DNA of 64,000 bases from Podarcis vaucheri (lineage: Eukaryota): NCBI GenBank assembly GCA_965113315.1, contig OZ220367.1; one strand, given 5' to 3'. This document shows positions 1 to 11,900 of this stretch, piece by piece. The notes beneath the pieces were generated by a model. That model ran no database searches, had not been told where the DNA came from, and worked only from the letters and a program-made list of their open reading frames with translations. Positions within the stretch are counted from its first letter, which is position 1. The number at the start of each line of letters is the position of its first letter. Made by a program: the position numbers and the translations under genes.

Positions 1-49
1 TCAACCAATTAATAAATTGGTGTGTCCTTTCGGTTCCAAGTTGCCTATT

Positions 50-64
50 CCACTAGGTGGCGCT
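50..64 (+). promoter_or_regulatory. CTCF-like core motif CCACTAGGTGGCGCT
   Basis: Close match to the CTCF consensus CCASYAGRKGGCRS; lies in a DNER intron. Binding not shown. Confidence 0.5.
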
Positions 65-929
65 ACTGGCTTATAAACTAATTAACCTCCTTATTAGTTC
101 CAGGAAGTACTTGTGGTTTAGCAACTTCACACCTAAGAGTTATATCTGGACCCTGGCGGTTAGCTACATCCTGCTTGTCAGGGGTCGTTTCTTAGAAATG
201 GCTTAACCTCAACTGGCAAACTTCCTGTCGGGGCAAGCTACCCTTAACCACACTTGCTCTTTGCAAACAGGAGAGAGGCTTTGCTCTCAGAAAATGACTT
301 CAGGCTTTTAGCTTCTAGTTTGCTCTCTAAAACGGTGTCAGAGGTTCTTAGCCTGGCTCTCCATTGGTCATCCTGACCTTCACCCCTGCAACAGGAGGAA
401 AAATAGCTGGATGAGGTGATTACAGCTGTATGTTATTTGTATTTGCAGAAAATTGAAAAAAACACGCTTTATAATATGACTATGTTGCACAGTACCCATG
501 AAATAGTAGGTTTTACAATCACTTTGACATGAGAGGCCATGCATTGTAAAGAACATATTGTTGCACACTACCCCAGGTTTTGGTTTCCTTGGAATGTGAG
601 ACAGCAGAGATGGTGATGCCTTTATGATATGTGGTTTATTTACACATATTTACAGCCTGAGCCTAATATGGATGGTCTCACAGCATTACCAACACCCCCC
701 CCCGCAAAGTCTTGCTTTTTTCATAGTCACAGCCTTGGAATATAGCAGAAATCAAGTTCTGTCTCTCTGGCTGCTGCCTACTTTTAGCCCTGCTTACACA
801 CCACCGTCTTGGCTATTGTCCTTCCAAGTATCAGCCAGGTGAGGAGGGGAAAAGGCCCACCCATTTGCTCAGAGGACAAAGAGCAGCCTCTTTTGTTATA
901 CAGGCAACTCCCTGTTCACGTGGTGGTTA

Positions 930-1454
930 CCGTATTTTTTGCTCTATAGGACGCACCCAACCATAGGAGGGTTGTTTTAGAGGGGGAGAACAAGAAAAAA
1001 AAAATCTCCCTCTCTGCTCAGTGCCCCTTCAGCAAAGCTGCAGGAGAAACAGAGCTCCCCCCATTTCTCCTCCCGCTTTGCAGAAGGGGTGCTGCGCAGC
1101 TCTCCCTCTCTGCTGAAGCCCGGAGAGTCTTGCTCTCCCGGCTTCAGCAAAAGGATCCTGAAGCCTTCGGAGTGCAGCGCGAGTTCCTACTGTGCTCCAA
1201 AGGCTTCAGGAGGCTATCGCTGAAGCCTGGGGAGTGAAAGGGGTCGGTGCGCACCGATCCCTCTCGCTCTCCAGGCTTCAGTGAAAGCAACACAAAGCCT
1301 CCGGAGCATGGAGGGAGCGCTCCCTCTGCGCTTGGAAGGCTTCGTGTTGCTATCGCAGAAGCCAAGGAGCCTGCATTCGCTCCATAGGACGCAAACACAT
1401 TTCCCCTTAATTTTTGGAGGGGAAAAAGTGCGTCCTATAGAGCGAAAAATATGG
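930..1454. mobile_element. Tc1/mariner (Tc2-like) MITE with internal hairpin array
   Basis: TIRs CCGTATTTTTTGCTCTATAGGACGCAC ... GTGCGTCCTATAGAGCGAAAAATATGG, flanked by TA (928-929, 1455-1456). Same termini as 18485-18735. Confidence 0.85.
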
Positions 1455-2557
1455 TATGTTCCAAGGCATGTAAGTGAAATTATGTGTATTTGAAACACCA
1501 TTGAAAAAGCTTGCAAAAACCCATTCTGCCCCTGCCTCCCCCCCACACACACTTTATTTGTCATTTTCGGGTCACTTCTGGGTTTGGTGCAATGTGTAGT
1601 CGCGCACATATCTGACTCACGTAAAATAGTCTCTACCTATACTATATTCTTTTTTTACATGGTCCTCAGGACCCTTAACTCCCAAAGAAACTTGCCTGAC
1701 TACTGCAACAATGGAACCCTTCATTAGATTTTGGCCCTTGCCAGATCCTGGACCCCAGGAATTAGAAGGAACTCATGCAACAAGGCAGACTAATTTCCTG
1801 CACTCACAACAATATAGGGTAAAGGTGGTGGAAACATGCTGATTCATTGTCTATATATTATATACGGCTTTTTCTGTTCTGTATTCAGCTAAAAAAAGCT
1901 ACAGTGACAAAATAGTAAAGGTTGGAGCTCTCACAGCAGTTCTACATAGAGTAAAGGCCTATTTTCTAAACCAGCATCCTGCTTTTCCCTTTCAGACTTT
2001 AGCAGGGATGGAAGAACTTGTTTCTGTGATCTTTGTGGTACTGCTGCCTATCAAATGCTTCCATTGCTCTCTTTTGCCTTTTAGGATCTGTGGTGCTCTT
2101 GCTCTCAGGTCACTGAGGACCGTTGGAGTAAAGTCATGAAAAGCAGAACAAATGATGAGTGCATTTGTGTCGATGCCGATCATAGTGCAGACTTAAGGAA
2201 CAGAGTTGGAACTGACCAAATTCGGTGTGACTTTTAAACTCAGTATCAAGTCAAGAGTGTAGAGTTTCAGCTTAAAAGGGCAGCCAGTTATCAAATTGCG
2301 GCTTTAATTTATTTGAAATGCGCGTTGGTGTATAGGTTTTCCAAGGGCGTGCATAGTAGCAATTTGAATAATATCTCTTGCAACATATATATTTCCTCCT
2401 AGCTGCGGAATATTTCTGAGTTTATATTTGTGCTCCTTTTGTGTGTTTCTAGTCACTTTGCTTCTTATGCCCATGCTAAGTGTCCCTTCCCCATAAAAAA
2501 GGTCCAGTGCTAATTATTGGGGTGGGGGGAGAGCTTTCTGAGCAGGAATGGTGCTAT

Positions 2558-2601
<44 letters not shown>

Positions 2602-2602
2602 C
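2558..2602. repeat. (AAC)15 microsatellite, probably the tail of the adjacent L2
   Basis: Perfect trinucleotide run abutting the L2 3' end. Confidence 0.95.
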
Positions 2603-2961
2603 TTATTTATACCCCGCCCCTCATAAAATACAATAACCTATTAAACATTAAAAACTACCCTAAACAGGGCTGCCTTCAGATGTCTTCTAAAAGTCTGGTA
2701 GTTGTTTTTCTCTTTGACATCTGGTGGGAGGGCCGGTGCCACTACCAAGAAGGCCGTCTGCCTGGTTCCCTGTAATTTGGCTTTTGCAGCTAGGGAACCA
2801 CCAGAAGGCCCTCGGCACTGGACCTCAGCGTCCGGGCTGAACGATGGGAGGTGGAGACGCTCCTTCAGGTATACTGGACCGAGGCCGTTTAGGGTTTTAA
2901 AGGTCAGCACCAACACTTTGAATTGTGCTCGGAAACGTACTGGGAGCCAGTGTAGGCCTTT
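2603..2961 (-). mobile_element. L2-clade LINE 3' fragment
   Basis: Minus-strand translation LHWLPVRFRAQFKVLVLTFKTLNGLGPVYLKERL...RRHLKAALFRVVFNV is typical of an L2 ORF2 C-terminus; homologous to 13371-13647. Confidence 0.8.
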
Positions 2962-3245
2962 CAGTGTGACTCTTAATTGTTCTCTCCCCTTCCACACTCT
3001 CAACACATTTTTCACAGTTTTGCCCTTCTGTGACTTTCATTAAGAGAATATTTGATGGATGGAATAAAGAGTGTCAGGCTCAGTGGCCGCAGGTGTCCCT
3101 GGAAAGCAGTGGTTTCACACAAGCCTCACCCATTCTCTCAGAAATTCAGGCCACACTGGAGTGGCCCTGATCACCACCTGCATGTGGCTCTCAGAAACTT
3201 GGCCATGGGGGAAATACAGCTCTCAGGCTGAAAAAGGCTCCCACA

Positions 3246-3420
3246 TAGGAACATTGGAAACTGCCTCATATTGAGTCAGACCATTAGTCCATCCTGCTCA
3301 GTATTTTCTACTCTGCCTGCCAGCAGCTCTCTTGGGTTCCAGGTGTGTCTCTCCCAGTCCTACCTGGAGATGCTGAGAATTGATGCTGGGTCCCCCTGCA
3401 TGCAAAGCAGATGATCTACC
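3246..3420 (-). mobile_element. Squam3-type tRNA-derived SINE (diverged); further fragments near 4512-4566(-), 23425-23557(+) and 54462-54565(-)
   Basis: Reverse complement reads ...CATCTGCTTTGCATGCAG...CATCTCCAGGTAGGACTGGGA...GATGGACTAATGGTCTGACTC, like the Squam3 consensus as I recall it. Boundaries approximate. Confidence 0.65.
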
Positions 3421-5448
3421 AATCTTCCACACCCCATAACAGAAAATAATTATTTGCTAATGGTGTTCCCAAGTAGTGCCTTTGAAAGGGCTTTTCTTGG
3501 GACAGCTGGCTAAGATGTATTGCCTGTGCTGTTTATCATGGATGAATCAGGGAAGGAAGAAACCTATAAATTCTGTTTAGTTCTGGTAATCAAAGAACCC
3601 TCCATCCCTCCTGCAAATCCACAGCAAGATATTTTAGCTTGTTAGAAATAGTGTTCAGTTGCTTGCTGGCTAGCAGTCAGACTGGTATTTTCTAGGCAGC
3701 AAGCAATGGGAAAGAAAGGTGGCAGCATGGCTTTTGTTTCTTTTAGTGTGCAACATACAGCGTCAAGGCTGCCAAGAGAGCAGCTTCTGAGCTTCCTTAT
3801 GCAACGGTGGTTTCGGAGGTTTTTTGTTCATGCTTTGAGATACTCTCTGATCTTCAAGCAGTTCTTCATGCATAAAGGAAAAAGGTACATGTGCTCTAAA
3901 GGTACCTTGGAGCTACTGATAATATGTAATAGTATGCAGGGCTCTGAGTTACACATGCAGAGGATTTAAGAGGGAGATGTGTTGAGCATCAAAAAGCTCC
4001 ATTGTTTGGAGAAAGAGGAGAAAAAGCAGAAAGGCAAATTCATGAGGTCATTTCCTCTTTTTTACTGCAAAGATGCCACTGTCAAAGAGGCCTGTGCATT
4101 GCCCCCCCCCCTTTGTAGGCTTCCCTCTTATGCATATTCAAATACTCAGATAACCACTTGCTAAGAAACACTTGCTTGATTTGCAAAGATGCCTGCAATC
4201 CTTTTAAGAAGCTCTATTGAAATTATGTTCAGAGGTTGGCAGGGGCAATGAGAGGCAGTCTTTCCGAAACATGTCTTACATGTGATTCTGTTCTGCCGGT
4301 GATGACATCAGTATTTGAGAGCTGGCAATCAGGGACTCAGTACTGCAGCTAAAATCCTGGTCCAGCAGGCTATACTCCCGGACAATCATTAATTTTAAAC
4401 CAAAGTCTGGTTTTGAACGTAAAACATGTGACATGGTTTCCGCTGCTTGATGTCACCCTTTTGTGACAATGACAAAGGACTCCAGCCTCTTGTTCCTGAA
4501 CATGGAACAGGGTTTCTGGGACCCTTCCGCATGAAAAGCAGATGCTGTACCACTGAGCTGCAGCTCTTCTACATAAATAGTTAAATGCTCACGGCATTTT
4601 GCAGATGGCCTTGTGGAATTATTCAGATGTGCCTCAAGCCACCACACCTACGGTACCAAATATGCAGGTAAACTTGCAAGGTTTGCAGGCCATGCTGACT
4701 TCTGCATATTTACCTAATTATTATGTATTCATTACGGGGTGGAATTGGTAATATTTAGCTATGTAGCACTTTTCACAAATGAAATATATTTTGCAAGTCT
4801 GAAAATGGGATTCATATTTTGGCAGGGCTTTCAGGGATCGTAAGATGAGATGCATGAAAAAGGCTGATGTATGAATTTTTACAGGTGGTTAGCTCAGCAT
4901 TGGTTGGAGGCAGAATGTTGGTCGTTCCGAATAGTGATCAGGTCACTCATGCTTCTGAATTAATGTGTTGCCTGAAAGCACTAAACTGCGATAATTCACG
5001 GATAGGAAGTGAGATGAACAAGATGAAGGTGAAGGGGATCCATATTAGGAGACATTAACCCTGTTTTCATTTCCAGTTGTGTGTGTGTGTGTGTGTGTTC
5101 GTTGAACCGAATGAAATGGGAAATGGGTTCACTGGCTCAGCTCATTCATTCAGTGTGAAAGCTTCTCTGTACGCATACACAGCTGTTTGTGCATAAGTCC
5201 TTCCACGTGGTGAGAACCCCCTCTGTGATCAGGCTGTTACACTATATACAACTGCACACAGGACCTGTTTCACATATTCCACTGGGAAGACCCGGCCAGT
5301 GGATGCACTTCTGTTTCCTTTTTCCACACTTGATTAAAAGTAAGAACAGTGTCTCTTTGGATCCATCCTTTCCTGCTTGCAAATGTTTCTGTACTGGCAA
5401 CCCCCTCCCCCAAATACAGTTGCATTTTATACCCGGAAGTGCATTTTA

Positions 5449-5779
5449 CATTAGGTCCAGTCGTGGCTGACTTGGGGGTTGCAGCGCTCGGCTCGCTTTA
5501 TTGGCCGAGGGAGCTGGCGTACAGCTTCCGGGTCATGTGGCCAGCATGACTAAGCTGCTTTCTGGCGAACCAGAGCAGCACACGGAAACGCCGTTTACCT
5601 TCCCGCCGGAGCGGTACCTATTTATCTGCTTGCACTTTGACGTGCTTTCGACCAGCTAGGTTGGCAGGAGCAGGGACTGAGCAATGGGAGCTCACCCGGT
5701 TACGGGGATTCGAACTGCCGACCTTCTGATCAGCAAGTCCTAGGCTCTGTGGTTTAACCCACAGCGCCACCTGGGTCCC
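5449..5779 (-). mobile_element. Sauria SINE (Squam1 / lacertid POM-type)
   Basis: Reverse complement of the GGGAC..GGTGGCGCTGTGGGTTAAACCACAGAGCCTAGG head and CTGGACCTAATG tail; flanking duplication TGCATTTTATACCYGG. Confidence 0.9.
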
Positions 5780-7505
5780 TTGTGCATTTTATACCTGGTT
5801 ATTTATTAATCTGGCATATCACGTGAGAATCATCAACCCCTGTATGTAAGTCCTCTCTCCTAGTATCACGTCCATAACTTGAGGGTGCATCACTTTCTCA
5901 CCTTTTCCAAGGCCTCTGGTTAATGGGTTAGTTACCCTCGTACCCTCGCTCATAGCATAACTGGTTTTCCTGGCGGCTGGTATGCAGGGAAGGAAATTGG
6001 TCATTTCATTTGTGTGTTAAAAACCTATTCCGAACTTGCATTTAAAAAAGAAAGTTACAGAATATAAAAACTTTTTGTTTGTTAATTTAGAGGTGACTTG
6101 TACATGGGAGAAGACTCTCCTTTGCCTTTATAGGGCTTCATCTTATTCTTATAAATAGCATTTCCCCCCCGGCTGACATCAGGAGAGGTGGAATTGACAT
6201 TTTTCTAACTAGCCGAATGAAAATGCGGTGTCCTCCCTTCTTGAAATTTAAGAAGTGTGGTAGGTGGAAGCCACCCTCTAGTGGAGAAAAATGGTATTTT
6301 CACCACAGACTTGCAGTCTTCAACTGGTTGCTCTATAGAACAGGTTGATACTCATTTGTAAAACAAGTCATTAATTTAACATGTAAATCAGAGTGTTTCC
6401 TCACAGCCAAGGCTGTTTGGGGGAAGGGGGGGGACTTTTTCAGTCACATATAATTCAGAGGTATGCATATATTGAGAGTTACATGAGTTTATTTACAATA
6501 GCATTTTCTTGCTGTTGTTTTATTTTATATATAAGAATTCAGGTTAAGCCTGCATATGGCAGTTTTCTTGTGCCTGCTCCACTGTGTCTTATTAAAGAAT
6601 GGCCACAAAGTAATGGCAGTTTATCCCTTATGAGGACATGAAATCATGTGAAATCCAATTGATTTCAGGTCTCTGGTGAAATGAGTAAGCCTTTTGTTTC
6701 TATGGCACAAAGGGCTGGATCCAGCCTCAGTCATACTTGGAGTAAACCCACTGGGAGTCAATTAGTTATGATTAATGACCAATTTCAAAAGGTTTGCTCT
6801 TGAGTATGACTAAGTCTTGCTTATTATTTGACCAGATCCCTAAAAAAACTCACTTGGTTTTCTCTTGAGTAATATATACAGCGTTCACAGAGCATGTTTG
6901 CCATTCAAAGTTTTACTTGAGCTTTCACACAGTGAAAAAGCCTGTGCTGCTGTTAATTTTTTTAATTAAATAAATGGGCCGCCCCATTTATATTTTCCTC
7001 AGAGGAAATGAGAACAAGATAGTAAAAAAATAACATTAAAATGAAAACAATTTCTAGAAAAGCCTGTTCTGCTCTTTCAATAGTATCAATTCCAACTTCA
7101 AGCAAACAAATTGAAAGGAAATAGGTTTTAGTCTGAACAGGCAAAGACTGGAATAAAAAAACAATGACAAATAAAGCAAATACATAATGATGATTATAAT
7201 AGATAAATTAACGGTTAGTGACTAACAGCAGCTTGGACCCAAGGATGTTGCTGTGTCAGTGGGAGACACTTCTGCTCATGGGGAAGTCCCCACCCCCTGA
7301 TTTTCCCCAAAAGCTGCTCTGGAGGGTCCCCTGATCTTCATAGACATGAGAAACGTGTGTGTGTGTGTGTGTAATCCGCGAGCCTTGCTGTGCGCATGTG
7401 GTGATACTTGCACAAAGGGACCTTTAGATCCAAGCCACTGTTACTGAAGAATAATAAAAACAATAATAGCATATATATATTTGCTGCTGGTTATTTTATA
7501 TTTTA

Positions 7506-7860
7506 GGGACACGGGTGGCACTGTGGGTTAAACCACAGAGCCTAGGGCTTGCCGATCAGAAGGTTGGCGGTTCGAATCCCCGCAATGGGGTGAGCTCCCA
7601 TTGCTCGGTCCCTGCTCCTGCCAACCTAGCAGTTCGAAAGCACGTCAAAGTGCAAGTAGATAAATAGGTACCGCTCCAGCGGGAAGGTAAACGGCATTTC
7701 CATTCGCTGCTCTGGTTCGCCAGAAGCGGCTTAGTCATGCTGGCCACATGACCCAGAAGCTGTACACCAGCTCCCTCGGCCAATAAAGCGAGATGAGTGC
7801 CGCAACCCCAGAGTCAGCCACGACTGGACCTAATGGTCAGGGGTCCCTTTACCTTTACCT
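7506..7860 (+). mobile_element. Full-length Sauria SINE
   Basis: tRNA-like head (GGTTCGAATCC B-box), ACCTTT tail, 14-bp TSD TTATTTTATATTTT (7491-7504, 7861-7874). Confidence 0.93.
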
Positions 7861-9018
7861 TTATTTTATATTTTGGCTTCCCTGTTATCTAAAAGTCCAC
7901 ACCAAAATGTGCAACCTTTGAATCCAAGCCAATATTTCTGTTTGCCTGAATTAGTGAATTAGAACCTGATGGACAAGCTTAGGATGTTTTTGAATGATGC
8001 AAATATATGGAAGGTGAAAGGTCTCCCTGGTTTAACAAGAGTAGTAGTGGATGCCTGGTGTTCTAAGAAGGAAAATAATGGCTACAATTCACCAGTCATA
8101 GTTGCTGCACCTTCTGATTTGAACGAATAAGGCTTAAAAGGATATTGTATGCTAATCTGATGGAGTTAAATGAGGGTGGGTCAGCTGCAGTGATTACTCA
8201 GTGGCTTCCATGTATAATAAAAGTTTGCTAGAAGCATAGCAGTAGAAGTAAAGAATACATAATTCCTCATTTATTTACATATGCATCGGACTGCAGCTCT
8301 GTAGAACACAGTAGAATAACTGATAATGCTTAATCCATGCTGTATTCTATGAAACTGTTGCTTTGTTTAATAATAAAAGGGCACAATGTAAGCTGTGCCA
8401 AAATTTTGCTGGGCAGATTGGTAGCACTTACCGTTCATTTACATGTGAAATGGTGTTCATCCCTGTTTTACCAGCTTGAATCAACCAAGTATGCTTCTCT
8501 GTCTTCAGACTGCCATATCTTTACCCACTTCAGACAAGTGACAGCTACTCTACATCCTGCAGTTTGCTATTTGAGTTACACTTCAGAGTTGTGCTGGAGC
8601 GAGATCTAGTTTCATTATATAAAGTGGCATTATACATCACCAAGATTTCTGCTCGTTTTAGCCCAGTAAACCCACCTAATAAATGTGATCTACAGCCGTG
8701 CAAAAAATGAATTCTGAAAATACAGTCCATTCGCTTCAGTACTCCTGGCTTGCTTAGATTTCTAATGAGGTCATTTGGCTGCCTTGTGTTTCTGATTGTT
8801 CAATGTATGAAATGTATAAGGAGGTCTTGATTCCAGCGTAAACTGAGCTCTAAATCCTTTCATGTACATTATGTGACAAAATAGCTTTAAAGGTGCATCC
8901 TCACATTGTTATTTTCAGCTACTAGTCATCTCTGTCCCATCCACGATTGTGAAGCTTTTGCCATATGCTGAGACACATTTTCAGGGTATGTTGTGTTTTC
9001 TTTGTTACATGTTTTCAG

Positions 9019-9141
9019 GTTACCACGGACTCTATTGTGAGGAGGAATATAATGAGTGCCTTTCAGCCCCCTGTCAGAATGGAGCTACCTGCAGAGACCT
9101 TGTCAATAGCTACGACTGTGTATGTCTTGCTGAATATGAAG
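9019..9141 (+). CDS. DNER: DNER internal exon (EGF-like repeat), 123 nt, phase 1-1
   Basis: ttttcag|GT TAC CAC... encodes GYHGLYCEEEYNECLSAPCQNGATCRDLVNSYDCVCLAEYEG; donor AG|gtaaga. Confidence 0.96.
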
Positions 9142-9176
9142 GTAAGACAGGCTTTGCTTTAACAGAGGTGGGGTTA

Positions 9177-9590
9177 TGATTCAAGGACCCTCCACCCGCT
9201 TGGGGATAAAAAAGACACATGGACACAGTATATCAGGTTAATGGGCTAAAAAAAGGCCACAACTTTATTGATTACAGCATGTGAGAGGTATTGGCTTAGG
9301 CATTGGATAAAACAACAGAGCGTGACTCCACCCCCTCAGGGAGGGGTGAGTCTAACAAGGGTTAACCACCAGTGGGAGGAGCCTGTTGATGCAAATACAA
9401 CTGAAAGCTCCCCCTGATGTCACCAGGGGTCGTGCCATGGCCCTAGCCACCAGCAAGGGCGTCGGGCAGGATCCACAGCCGCCGGATTCCTTTACCGGAA
9501 TACCCATAAAGTGGAGGGCTAGGCGATGGCCAGACCCTGCCCTCCAATACACAAACATATTCCAATGCCTAACCACCACCCGAGCCAAAA
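9177..9590 (-). mobile_element. LTR-like (possibly DIRS/Ngaro-type) fragment flanked by a 45-bp direct duplication
   Basis: GC-richer insert with minus-strand AATAAAGTTGTGGCC; flanks 9132-9176 and 9591-9635 match at 41/45. Family assignment uncertain. Confidence 0.6.
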
Positions 9591-10884
9591 GAATATGAGG
9601 GTAAGAGATGCTTTGCTTTAACATAGGTGGGGTTACTGTAAATCTGCCTAATAAACGTGATCTGCATCATTTAAGTTTCATTATCTTTGAGGCAAGCCTT
9701 TTGGAACCAACAATATGAAGCTCACCTGTAGTGTGACATGCTACTTTTCTGACATCTCTAAAAAGTGCAGCTGAATCTTACTTTGGATTTACAGTTTCCC
9801 CCTTGCACTATGCTAAAACTAGCAATAAGACACAGAACTATCTTGCTTCAGGGAAAAAAAAAGCTTTTTCTCCCAATTATAGCCACCCAACCTCATTTTG
9901 TAAAAGTCAGTGAAGTCGTGATATCCGACAAAAATTCTTGTCAGAATTTTACTCCAAATGGAAAGAGTTAATTGGTTATTCAAAGGCGCAGAAGAAGCAG
10001 GGCATGCTATTAAAATATATATTGAAAAAAGAAATGGTTGGAGTGGTTAACATTGTTATTCAGGGGCAGCATGATAAAAAGAGGATATACATATGTATGC
10101 ACATATCTTATACCCATGAAAAAAGAACAACAACCTTGGGGAGGGAGGGTGTGTTACCCATGAAGTCACAGTGAGTATCCAATAGATGTTTGAAGTACTT
10201 GTACATGTATTTATTAAAGAACTGTTGGTCGTGCTCATGGGGATATCAAAGTAAATATCATTCTCCTGTGGGTTGCCAGTACCAGGTTCATGTATCCTAT
10301 AACAAGGTTTAGGTGCTGAGTGTTTTAGCTAGATCAAGGTATCTGTACAGACCACCTCCATTTGTCTTGACTTTTAGCTAACCCTTTATGAAGCTCTGAG
10401 AAGGGTCTACGAGGCTGTGAACAGGCCTTGGCAGTACAAAAAGGTTCAGTGGTCCCATCCAGATTTAGTTCATGGATAGCCAATGCTTTGTTTACCTTGC
10501 ATTGAACATCATCAATTATGAAGAAATGAGGGGCACTACTCACCACACCTTCAAAATGGCTCAAAACTGTCGGTAGGGGATGGGTTATTTATTATTTATT
10601 CAATTTTGATGCCAGTCTTTATCCAGAGATCCCAGGTGGTGTTTCAGGATACAAATTAATTACTTGGCGCCAATGAAATTTCCTCTCTCTCTTTTTTTTG
10701 GTATATCCCATCTTCTAATAATCAGGTTAAAATTATAGGACTTGGCTGCCATTTTGTTTCCTTAGAATTCCCAAACAACGCTGAGTATGAGGCTGCTAGT
10801 ATTCTTTATATTCTGCTTCCATCTGCTCCAGCCCTTAAACAATGTACAATTCTAACATCATCTATTATCACTTAATATTCCCAG

Positions 10885-10998
10885 GAAGGCACTGTGAATT
10901 ATACAAAGATCCTTGTGTTAACATCAGCTGCCAGAATGGTGGTACTTGTGACAGTGAAGGGCTAAATGCTACGTGTATCTGTGCACCTGGATTTACAG
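10885..10998 (+). CDS. DNER: DNER internal exon (EGF-like repeat), 114 nt, ends at a GC donor
   Basis: ttcccag|GA AGG CAC... encodes GRHCELYKDPCVNISCQNGGTCDSEGLNATCICAPGFTG; boundary ACAG|gcaagt. Not in the ORF track. Confidence 0.95.
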
Positions 10999-11769
10999 GC
11001 AAGTTACTTTGAAATTACATAATATGCATAATTATTAATCAGACTATACAGAAGATGACAAATGTCAACTGAATGCATTTGCACCTGCTTTTCATCTTAT
11101 TCTGCTGATTCCCAGTTTAGATACCAGATATTTTACTCCACTTTTAAAAAAATAAAATAATTACCACTAATGATATTCATTGCCTTTCTGACAAAGCAGG
11201 AGAAGCAGAGAAGGTATTCTATAAAAATGAACCTGGCTCTCTTTATACATGTCTTTCTTCCTAGGCTTGCAGGCTTACGTGCCTGTCCCCTTTCCCCCCA
11301 TCGAGGGCTGCATTCTTCAGGGATGAGCTGTCAGGGGCTGCATTCTGGTGGTAGGCAGAGCCAGAACCAATGTTGGGTGGAGCCACAGACAAATCTTCTG
11401 GACTAACAACTCCTGAATAAAGACAAATTGAAATAAACTAACCCAGAATGAAAGCGTAAATTTATTTTTAGCAAATAAAACAGTTGCCCTTCCAGTTTGT
11501 TCTGAAATTACATAGAAAGGGGGAGGGGAGTAGAATGGTTATTTTTATTTATTGAATTTATATACCCGCAGGTCTCAGGGCAGTTGACAGAGTAAAACCA
11601 GAATATAAAAACACAAAATACATTTAAAAACTGGGGGTGGGGATGGAGGAAATGAACAAGGAGGGGAGGACATCTGGGTAGTATGGAAGAATGTGGGAGC
11701 TTCAGGAGGTGTTTGTCGTGGCTGCTGGTAGCTCACCTGTGCTTCAGGTAATGGAAGTATACCCTGGAA

Positions 11770-11900
11770 CAGTGCTATTTTTCTAGAAAAAGAGGTGCCA
11801 GAACTCACCATGAAAACCTCCCTCGTTCTCTTATAATGGCAATGGTGCCCGCCCACCTGAAAGGTGGTGTAACTGAGTTCCATGTGGGAAAAAAGCCCTG
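11770..11900. mobile_element. hAT MITE
   Basis: Ends CAGTGCTATTTT ... AAAAGCCCTG; perfect 8-bp TSD CCCTGGAA (11762-11769, 11901-11908). Confidence 0.85.

Noticed and set aside
1025-1351. Repeat-spacer-like array suggesting CRISPR, integron attC sites or hammerheads
   Set aside because: Eukaryotic intron enclosed by MITE TIRs with TA TSD; no cas or integrase gene; CTGAAGC does not fit the CUGANGA core.
2903-2920. REST/RE1-like TCAGCACC in a neuronal gene
   Set aside because: Half-site only, within an L2 fragment; the GGACAG half is missing.
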